A stretch of 64,000 bases of DNA from an uncultured Planctomycetota bacterium (GTDB lineage: Bacteria > Planctomycetota > Planctomycetia > Isosphaerales > Isosphaeraceae), in NCBI GenBank assembly GCA_963845755.1, contig CAWJTV010000011.1, positions 1,056,001 through 1,120,000 on the forward strand, written 5' to 3'. The notes beneath the pieces are model-generated. The model made no database searches and was not told where the DNA came from. It was given only the letters and a program-made list of their open reading frames with translations. Shown in pieces: positions 56,359-64,000 of the stretch; within the stretch, counting starts at the first letter, position 1; every line of letters begins with the position of its first letter. Position numbers and translations under genes: made by a program.

Positions 56359-56703
56359 ATGAGCATTCCCCCTCGGACGATCCGGCGCGACACGCGGGTG
56401 TTCATCAGCGCGGTCACGCGCGAACTGGGCTCGGTGCGCGACCTCGTGAAGAAGGGGCTCGAGGACAACGACTATCACGCCGTCGAGCAGAAGAACTTCC
56501 CGCCCGATTACCGCGACCTGAAGGAGAAGCTCCGCGAGCGGATCAACTCGTGCGACGCCGTGGTCCACATCGCCGGGCAATGCTACGGGGCCGAGCCGCC
56601 CGAGAAGCCCGACGACGCCCCCCGGCGCGGCTACACCCAGCTCGAATACGACATCGCCAATGAGTGGACTGCCGTTCCTATCAAGGAATTCTCGGGATCG
56701 TAA
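56359..56703 (+). pseudogene. DUF4062 (TIR/NDT-like) domain, truncated
   Basis: RVFISAVTREL...INSCDAVVHIAGQCYG...YTQLEYDIA, then an abrupt switch to low-GC sequence. Confidence 0.75.
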
Positions 56704-56764
56704 TCGCTTGAATAGGTTCAATAACGAGTTTCATTCATGACCCTGCGATCCCAGGCGGTTCGTT

Positions 56765-57772
56765 TCAGAAGAGAACCCCCTGGGGCGCTGCGAGCAGTAA
56801 TGGGAGGTCGGCTCCTCTCTCACTGGACGCAACGAACTTCCTTATCTCCTCTTCCGGCCAACCTTCCATGAATCGAAAGGCTGACGTGAGGCTGTAGTCT
56901 CGTTCACATTCGAGAGCCAACCACTTTCGCCCAAGCAGTTCCGCAGCCTCGCCTGTGGTATTTGACCCCGCGAAGATATCGAGGACGAGGTCATCTGGAT
57001 CGGTGAGGAACTTGATAAAGAATTCCGGGAATGATCGCGGAAACCTCGCAGGGTGCGGAGCCAGATTCATAGTCTTGCAAATGCGGATGTAGAGTGAGTT
57101 GCTCTCCGTGTTTGGATATTGCAAGAGGTTAGACGGGATGGCACCTCCATTATCCCTCCCGAAGCCACTGCTGATATCGTGACCTGATGGCCGATCTTTC
57201 GGTCTGTAGAACTTGTCTGGGTCTTCGATGAGTTTCTTCATGCGCTCGCTGTAGGGGGCCAGTACGTTGCTGACATTGGCCTTGGGATATTCGGTCTTGG
57301 ACAGCCACCAGACCGTGTTGACTGAATCCTTCGCACGGATCTTCTTCTTGTTCACCCACTCGATGGGCGAAGGCAATTTAGCCGGATTGTGCCAAAAGAA
57401 CTCTTCGGCGAGATGGAAGCCTTGCTCGTCACATAATCTTATCAAAACTCTATAGTTATACAGGGATCTGACCGGAACGCCCCGCTGGTAGGCACCGCCG
57501 AGGTCGAGCACAAAGCTGCCTGTGTCCTTCAAGACCCGACGAACAAGCGGCCCGAAGGAGACGAGCCATTCGACATACTCCCGTTGCTCGCGGTTACCGT
57601 ATTCTTTCTCGCGCAACAGGGCAAATGGCGGCGATGTGATCACCAGATCGACGGAGCTTTCATCCAAGCATGACAGATAGTCCTCTGCGAATGTGACAAT
57701 CGCTTTTCCGAAGCGGGTGCGGTAAAGCTCAACGGGTTTGTCGCCATGCCTTCGCATCAGTGTCGCGGCCAA
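56765..57772 (-). CDS. Beta-class N4-cytosine DNA methyltransferase, M.PvuII-like
   Basis: TSPPF catalytic motif before DIFAGSNTTG SAM motif; KLPSPIEWVNK, RMKKLIEDPDKFY, RPSGHDI, HPARFP match M.PvuII as I recall it. Confidence 0.93.
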   Translation of the reverse strand: MAATLMRRHGDKPVELYRTRFGKAIVTFAEDYLSCLDESSVDLVITSPPFALLREKEYGNREQREYVEWLVSFGPLVRRVLKDTGSFVLDLGGAYQRGVPVRSLYNYRVLIRLCDEQGFHLAEEFFWHNPAKLPSPIEWVNKKKIRAKDSVNTVWWLSKTEYPKANVSNVLAPYSERMKKLIEDPDKFYRPKDRPSGHDISSGFGRDNGGAIPSNLLQYPNTESNSLYIRICKTMNLAPHPARFPRSFPEFFIKFLTDPDDLVLDIFAGSNTTGEAAELLGRKWLALECERDYSLTSAFRFMEGWPEEEIRKFVASSERGADLPLLLAAPQGVLF

Positions 57773-57785
57773 AGTCTCGCTCCCT

Positions 57786-57834
57786 GTCTGTAGACTATGC
57801 GTAACGGTATCGTAAAGTCTGTAGACCTATAGTA
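57786..57834. promoter_or_regulatory. C-box-like operators between the MTase and controller genes
   Basis: GTCTGTAGAC at 57786 and 57817; AGTC-TGTA-GACC-TAT-AGT resembles the PvuII C-box core. Confidence 0.7.
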
Positions 57835-57891
57835 TGCACTGCCCAGAGAGTGGCGTCAACGGTGGTTTCCCACCAAGACGCAGCGAAGGGC

Positions 57892-58104
57892 GTGGACTTG
57901 AGCGACGTAACCGTCCGTTTCGGGAATCGACTTCGTGAGATTCGCCTGCAGAGGGGCATTTCCCAAGAGGAACTTGCCGAACGGGCTGGGCTGCACCGAA
58001 CCTACGTCAGCAGCGTGGAGCGGGGCGAGCGGAACATCTCGCTCGTGAACATCGAAAATCTCGCTCGGGCCTTGGGGGTCACGCTGGGCGAACTCATGCC
58101 TTAA
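57892..58104 (+). CDS. XRE-family controller (C protein-like)
   Basis: FGNRLREIR...ISQEELAERAGLHRTYVSSVERGERNISLVNIENLARAL; divergent from the MTase. Confidence 0.9.
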   Translation: MDLSDVTVRFGNRLREIRLQRGISQEELAERAGLHRTYVSSVERGERNISLVNIENLARALGVTLGELMP

Positions 58105-58131
58105 CCGCTGCCTGGAACAAGGGCAATCGAG

Positions 58132-59642
58132 TTGGGATTCAAGACCAATCGAGAGTTTCTCCGCAACATCAGCATTGGAGCGGTCGGGGTTCGCAAAGTG
58201 GCTGACCTCCTGACTGCGGCGGCTTCCAGATCATCGAGCTTGAACGCGGTTCGAGGAGCAACAAGATTTGGAAGGATAAGGATAAGAAGAGGCGTATGCC
58301 CGATCTCCTCTGCTTGAAGACAGGTACGCGCTTCGAAGTCGGGCGAAGAGCGCTCTCACGGTTACGATGTCCGATGCTAAGAGGCCAGAAAGGGCTTGGA
58401 ATAAAGGCTTACGAAACAGCGATGTAATTGCATTCATCCGATGCTCTCAGCAAGGGAGTAAGTGGGTGCCAAGCAATCGGATGACGCTGTTCAAGGTCGG
58501 TGAAATGGGGAGAGCCATCCGTCTCGCGAGTCGGAGCAAGATCAAGGCTGCATCTGAGGGTAGCGAGCTTCAGCTAACATGGCCAGCGACCATCCCGAAG
58601 GAAGGTGGCCGCGTTGTATCGATTTCTCGAGACCAGATCAAGATGAAGCTGAATTCGGGCAAGGATGGGAAGTGCCTCCTTCAACGTAGGAAGAAAGCTA
58701 CTGCCCGGACAAGCCGAACGAAACAAGTGAAATTCCGACTAAATCCCCATGTGAAGGCAGGCGACTCGTTCGGAGACGGGGACACGATCATCGCTTCATC
58801 AATGTCGAGTCCTGTTCCGCCGATCTGTCCCGTGGTCTCCCGATACGACTTCCTCGCCGATCTTCGGAGTGACGAGCGTGAGACGGTTTATGCCGCCGTG
58901 AAAGCCCTCGGATTTCTGCCCGAGTCTGCTCAGCGAAGCGTCCCTGCTCTGCGCCACATCATGAAGGATCACGCTGACTCATTCATAGGACTTGAGGCCG
59001 CTGCGTCGCTGGCTCGACTAGACGAATCGGTGGGATGGAACCGGATCGCTCAAGTGGCGACAAGGGAAGGATCGATCGAACTTCGCATGGAGGTGGCACT
59101 CATTCTTGCTGAGTTTCAGGGAGATGAAGCCTTGAGGCTTCTCGCCGATCTCGCCCGTAACCCCTCCAATCCTCCTGAACTTCGCGCGGCAGGTGCCTGG
59201 GGCATGGCTGGGCAGCCGCGAGATCTCGGCGCGACCGCGCTCCTGAGATCTCTTGGCCGGCGAAGATGACACAACCACGATGCATGCGATTGTCGCCGCT
59301 TCGCGACTTCTGAACGATCAGAGTTTGGACACCGCTCTCGACCTAATTGGCAGAGATGAAAGGCAATCCGCAGGGCTTGTCCGAGCCATCATTGCCTCAG
59401 GCCGCAAACCCGTCGGGAAGATCGTGATGGGGCTGGGGAAGGCCCCCGCCAGTGCTCGTCCATGGCTGATCTATCTTCTCGCCTCGCTCGGCCGTGAGAG
59501 TTGCGAGTCTCACCTTATGGCCCATGCACCAGAATTGCTGCCAGAGCTCGAATTCTTCTGGACCTACCACCAGGAGAACTGGACCAATCGCTTGGATGTC
59601 GCGGATCAGATTGACTTCCTCATGGGGCAGTTGCCTGATTGA
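58132..59642 (+). CDS. Putative nuclease-HEAT repeat protein (~500 aa; frameshifts near 58218, 58337, 59252)
   Basis: Reconstructed N-terminus ...IIELERG...KIWK...RMPDLLCLKTGTRFE(S)RAK...; C-terminal HEAT-like helices (VYAAVKALG, LEAAASLARL, LRMEVALILA, LRAAGAWGM). Confidence 0.7.
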
Positions 59643-59784
59643 ATTAGGCCGCAGCCCGGAGCGGTAGGTCAAAAGGCGAACTCGTATTCACAGGCAAACC
59701 CAGTGTAAGGTCGCCTCTTTGTAGAAGGGCTTCGCCTCGATGATCACGGTGGGTCGCACGCGGAGGGGTTGCCGATCCGGGGCA

Positions 59785-60186
59785 TCACGCTCGGACCTTG
59801 GGTCCTGACTTGACGGCCTCCGGACTCATGACCGTCTCGAGCTCGGGTTGGCCGGCTTCGGGGCCGGTGTCAAGGCGATGATGGAGCGCATCGGGCTGAG
59901 GCGCGATCGACTCGATCATCAGCTCATCATCGGGGATCGACTCGCGAACGCACGCCTTCCCGACCGCCTCCATCGTCTTCTCGATGCAGACCCGGCGCCG
60001 GCCGTGGTAGGCGGCCAGCTTGCGGTGGTTACGCCTGTCCTGGAGGAGCCCCTCGAGATCCTCCAGGAATTGCTGGTATCCCTGCTCGATCACCCCGGGA
60101 CGGCGCGATTGCGAGGAATCGGGAGGAACGTCGCTTTGGAGGACTTGGAGGCCGGGCTGATCGGGGAGATTCTCTCGGGACATCAT
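59785..60186 (-). CDS. Hypothetical protein
   Basis: GAGGAG SD; FLEDLEGLL...AAYHGRRRV motif. Confidence 0.5.
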   Translation of the reverse strand: MMSRENLPDQPGLQVLQSDVPPDSSQSRRPGVIEQGYQQFLEDLEGLLQDRRNHRKLAAYHGRRRVCIEKTMEAVGKACVRESIPDDELMIESIAPQPDALHHRLDTGPEAGQPELETVMSPEAVKSGPKVRA

Positions 60187-60340
60187 GCCAGCTCCTCGGT
60201 CATCAGGTCCGTGAGCGGCAGACTTCACGGGAAAACCAGGAAGGCGGTTTTCGCCGGGCCTCTTACGATCGGCACCTTCTTCCGAAGCTAAGGGTTCAGG
60301 ACACGGGAGTCAATGGCAAGAGAGAGAACCCGGGCGCGGC

Positions 60341-62080
60341 GGGTGGAAGACGCGGTTGGCGCGGCGTTCGATCCCTGGTAAGCTGTCAAGGTGAGTTTCC
60401 CAGATTGTCTATCACCCGAAGTCCAAGGAGGGACCTCCGATGCCTTTCCAGAAGTCACCATCGATGGATCGAGACGGCGTCGAGCGGCTCGCCGAAGGGT
60501 GGGGGAAAGTCGTGGCCCGGCGCGTCCACGATGAGGTCGGGCCCGAGTTGGATCTCGACGCCGACGACATCGAGCAGATGGCCATCACCGCCGCCCGCGC
60601 CGTCGCTCGGGGCACCATCGCCGATCTGCTGGAGCGGAAGGCCGCGCTGCTGGGGCCCGAGCAACCCTGCCCGACGTGTCAGCGGCCTTGCGCCGTACAG
60701 CGCGAGCCGCGGGCCATCGACTTCTGGGGCGGCGCGGTCACCTACGCCGAGCCCCAGTGCCACTGCCCGGCCTGCCGCCGGGATTTTTTTCCCTCAGCGC
60801 CCGGCGCTACGGCTGACGTCCCATGACTACAGCCCCTCGGTAGTCCGCAAGATCGTCCGTTCCGCCACCCGCGAGCCCTCCTTCCGCGAGGCAGCCGAGG
60901 CCGTCGCCGAATTGGCCGAGGTGGACATCAGCGGCCGGCAACTCGACCGCATCGCCCGCGAACTCGGCGAGCAGTTGCGGTCCCAGCGGGATGAGCCGGT
61001 GGACCGCTTCCAGGCCGGCACGCTCGAGCCGCGCGTCGCGACACGGCCAGCCCTGGCGGTCGTCGAGGTCGATGGCGGCCGGCTCCAGATCCGCGGCGCG
61101 GGCCAGGGGCCGGGAGCCCACCAGGCCGCCTGGCACGAGGACAAGATCGCGATCCTGGCGACGATGGCCCCTGTCGTCTCCGAGTGCGACCCCGAGCCGG
61201 AATTGCCCGCCTGTTTCCGCGATCGGGCCTACGTCGAGAAGGTCATCGGGGCCATCGGCGGGACCGGACCGATGGGCCCGCCGGCCCCCGAGATCCAGGA
61301 GCCCGCCGTGCTGCCGATCCCGGCCGTCGCCGAGGCCGCCGAGCCGCGCGGTACGCCGGAGCTATCGGTGCGCACTTACGTGGCCACGACCGCCCCGGTC
61401 GATCGCTTCGGGCCGATGGTCGCCGCCGAGGCCCGACGGCGGAACTTCGCCGCGGCCGCCGCCCGGGCGTTCTTGGGGGACGGCTCGGCCTGGATCTGGG
61501 GGCTGCACCGCCGCTCTTTCCCGACCTTCGTGGCGATCGTTGACTTCCTCCACGCCCTGGCCCACCTCTTCACGGCGGCCCGGGTCATGGTCGCCGACAC
61601 CGAGGGCCGCTGGGAGTCATTCCAGGCCTGGGCGGAGGCCTGCTGGAACGGGCGGGTCGATCGGGTGATCGCGGAGCTTCGCACCTGGTGTGATACCCAG
61701 ATCGCCTTGTGCGGGTGCCCGCTGGAAAGGCTAGCCGACGACGACCCCCGGAGGATCGTCGCGCGGGTGCTGGGCTACCTGGAAGACAACCGGGAGCGGA
61801 TGGACTATCCGCGCTATCGTCGCGAGGGCCTCCCGTGGACGACCAGCCACGTGGAGTCAACGGTGAAGATATTCAACCGCCGGGTGAAGGGGTCGGAGAA
61901 GTTCTGGAGCGAGGCCGGTGCCGAAGCGATCCTCCAACTCCGTGCGGCCTTCCTTTCCGAGGATGGCCGCCTGGACCGCCACCTCAAGGAGCGGCCCAGC
62001 AGCCCGTTCCGCAGCTACAAAGCCAGGAAGACTGGGGAAGCCGCGTAACTCGTCAGAAAAACGAACCGCGTCTTCCACCC
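60341..62080 (+). mobile_element. Complete IS element, ISKra4-like, 1740 bp
   Basis: Perfect 17-bp terminal IRs GGGTGGAAGACGCGGTT / AACCGCGTCTTCCACCC; 8-bp target duplication GGCGCGGC at 60333-60340 and 62081-62088. Confidence 0.93.
60440..62048 (+). CDS. DDE transposase in two frames joined at a T7 run (60784-60790)
   Basis: OrfA zinc ribbon CPTC...CHCPACRRDFFP; OrfB VEVDGG, FLGDGSAWIW, VDFLHA, MDYPRYR, TSHVESTVK. Confidence 0.9.
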
Positions 62081-62154
62081 GGCGCGGCGCCTCGGGCGAT
62101 TCGCATTCTTCCCGAATCGTCGGCCCGGTAGAATCCGGGCAGGAGGGATCCGCC

Positions 62155-62622
62155 ATGCAGACCATGACGCTATCCCAGGACGCCGTCGTCGTGTTCCGGC
62201 TCCGCGTCAAGGGCCTTCGGCTGCCCGTGACGGAGCCCCGGCTGCTCGCCTACCGGGAACTCGTCGCGGCCGGGATCATGGTGCCTGAGGGCGAGGAGTT
62301 CCAGTTCACCGACGACGCCTCGGCACGACGCGAGGAATTGCTGAACGAGTCGCAGGACCGGATCGAACGCGAGCGGTTCGAAACCCCCGATGCGAGCCAT
62401 CTCTCGGAGTCGGCCAGGGAGGTACTTCGCCGCCGCCTGGCGGGTGATCGGGAGGTGACGGACGCCAACCGGCCAGCCTATCGCGAGTTGGTGGCGGCGC
62501 GGATCATGATGCCGGTCCATTCGTTCCTGGGTGGCCCGGAATCGGACTTTCATTTCACCTATTGGGGATGGGAACGGCGATTCGAGTTTGCGGAAATGAG
62601 CTGCGCAACGAGAGCGTGTTGA
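62155..62622 (+). CDS. Hypothetical protein with two internal repeats
   Basis: AGGAGG SD; AYRELVAAGIM / AYRELVAARIM. Confidence 0.7.
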   Translation: MQTMTLSQDAVVVFRLRVKGLRLPVTEPRLLAYRELVAAGIMVPEGEEFQFTDDASARREELLNESQDRIERERFETPDASHLSESAREVLRRRLAGDREVTDANRPAYRELVAARIMMPVHSFLGGPESDFHFTYWGWERRFEFAEMSCATRAC

Positions 62623-62699
62623 CCGGCCGGAGGCGTAACCCCGATCCGGCAGGGATCCTGTCCGAATAACCGTCGGGAACGTGCCACCCGCCGATATCA

Positions 62700-63104
62700 A
62701 GCCGGGTCCGGAGCCGACTTTCCCTTCCACCCCCTATCCATTGCCCGACAAATCTCTCTTGCCCGGTCGCTGATCGACAGGTCGGTTTTCGGCGCGGCCT
62801 TGAGCGCCGCCTCATGGTCCATGCCGTTGCGATGCTACTCATATTCGTGGGCGATGATCGAATCCAGCCGGTCGCGGAGGCGCGATCGCTCGAATCACCG
62901 GGACGCTTCATCGTCGTAAGCCTTCTTGAGCAATTCGAGATTGAACACGCCGGAGTCGGCGATGAGCCGGCCAGCCGGCGCATAACTCCCTCCGATCGTG
63001 CCGCGAGGATGGAACGCCGCCCATCGGATACCCGCATCGCGGTCGGGCATGCCGATTTCCTGGATTCCCAGTTCGGTCATCCGCTGAGCGACGTAGTAAT
63101 CCAT
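62700..63104 (-). pseudogene. N-terminally truncated, frameshifted hypothetical gene
   Basis: MDYYVAQRMTELGI... continuing in another frame as RDRLDSIIAHEYEEHRNGMDHEAALKAAPKTDL. Confidence 0.5.
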
Positions 63105-63120
63105 CGGCTTTCCGCTTCGT

Positions 63121-63606
63121 TCACTCTCCGGCCAGCCGCAATACAGTGCGGTAAACGCGGTCTGTCAGATACAACCCGGCTTGACACACGGCGTCAAGGG
63201 TCGGTCGAACGGCCGCGATGCGACCCTGTTCCTTGGCTCTGAGCAAGATGCCGGCCGTTCCGAGCAAGGGGATGTTTCGCCGGATGGCTTCTGTGCGGGC
63301 CGCGCGGTCGTCCAGCACGACGATGGCTCCGGGATTCTCGATGGCCAGCGATAGCACGGCGAGCTCACCGGCGTCGAGCCGGTTCGGGTCCAGTCCGGGA
63401 GCAATCCGCGAGACCGGCGCGATGCGCAACCAGGTCGCCGAGGCCAGTCGGATGGCCCGCACGTTCGGGTCGAACCGCTCGCCCGCGAGCACCTCCTGGA
63501 ACACCGTGTCCGGGACGGTCACGTCCGAGTCGGGGGGTTCGCGGAGGAGCTCCAGGCCGTTCACGCCCGCCAGTAGGATCAGGGGTGATGTGTTAACGAT
63601 CCGCAC
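63121..63606 (-). CDS. DUF3368 (PIN-like) protein
   Basis: IVNTSPLI, VPDTVFQE, LDAGELAVL, VVLDDRAAR, GTAGILL. Confidence 0.9.
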   Translation of the reverse strand: MRIVNTSPLILLAGVNGLELLREPPDSDVTVPDTVFQEVLAGERFDPNVRAIRLASATWLRIAPVSRIAPGLDPNRLDAGELAVLSLAIENPGAIVVLDDRAARTEAIRRNIPLLGTAGILLRAKEQGRIAAVRPTLDAVCQAGLYLTDRVYRTVLRLAGE

Positions 63607-63859
63607 CGATGGGCAGCTCCATCTCGCGCCGGAGTTCTTCCTCCGTGACCTGGATGGCCTCGACTCCCGCCTCATGGAGCGCTTTCAGAAAGAGAACGCG
63701 GTTCATTCCGGCAATTTCCGCCGCCTTCCCTTGTGAGATCCGGCCCTGTTGAAACCACAGTACGGCTGTTGCGAATCGCATCGCCTCGCCCAACTGCTCG
63801 TCCGTACCCCCGCCGAGCGACGTCATCTCTTCGGGGACCTCGATTGTGATCGTCTTCAT
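63593..63859 (-). CDS. UPF0175-family protein (putative antitoxin)
   Basis: AGGAGG SD; WFQQGRISQGKAAEIAGMNRVLFL; overlaps the DUF3368 start. Confidence 0.88.
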   Translation of the reverse strand: MKTITIEVPEEMTSLGGGTDEQLGEAMRFATAVLWFQQGRISQGKAAEIAGMNRVLFLKALHEAGVEAIQVTEEELRREMELPIGADR

Positions 63860-64000
63860 CGGTCGTACCTCCTTCTTCCGATTATAGCCCAGGCCCGTTC
63901 TTCCGAGCGAACATGCCATCGAGCCGACCAGGCCACCCGCCGGGCTGGGCTCCGGCGCCCTTCAGGCCACGGCATGGAGTCAACGCCCCTGACCCGGGCG

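Noticed and set aside
55316..63417. DGR template/variable repeat pair
   Set aside because: Both mismatches are at plus-strand A in one copy, but there are only two, they are T on the coding strand, and no reverse transcriptase is present.

Overview
High-GC bacterial DNA that looks like a planctomycete (Isosphaeraceae-like), judged from Ser/Thr kinases, ECF sigma, PVC-type heme proteins and characteristic intergenic palindromes. Many genes, including core nuo genes, are broken by single-base indels, most likely long-read consensus errors. Contents from left to right: partial Ser/Thr kinase; tandem Uma2 nucleases; flippase; M28 peptidase; di-heme cytochrome c beta-propeller protein; S41-like PDZ protein lacking catalytic residues; ParDE; glycoside-hydrolase-like protein; complete nuoA-N operon (minus strand) with a perfect Rex-type operator and a repeat in most gene junctions; ECF/kinase/FHA-ABC transporter locus; methyltransferase; GH-A hydrolase; a defence-like cluster (Fic, Dna2-like nuclease-helicase, ABC ATPase plus PD-(D/E)XK protein); PVC heme proteins; then an accessory region with decayed DUF4365/VapBC/DUF4062 fragments, a low-GC PvuII-like cassette, an intact ISKra4-type IS and a UPF0175-DUF3368 pair. 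Best candidate for an undescribed system: an M.PvuII-like m4C methyltransferase with a divergent C protein and C-boxes, where the restriction-enzyme slot holds an unrelated ~500-aa PD-(D/E)XK-like/HEAT-repeat protein. I also found no CAGCTG (PvuII site) in a by-eye scan of the window. No rRNA, tRNA or CRISPR array was seen. Family assignments come from recalled motifs, not database searches.
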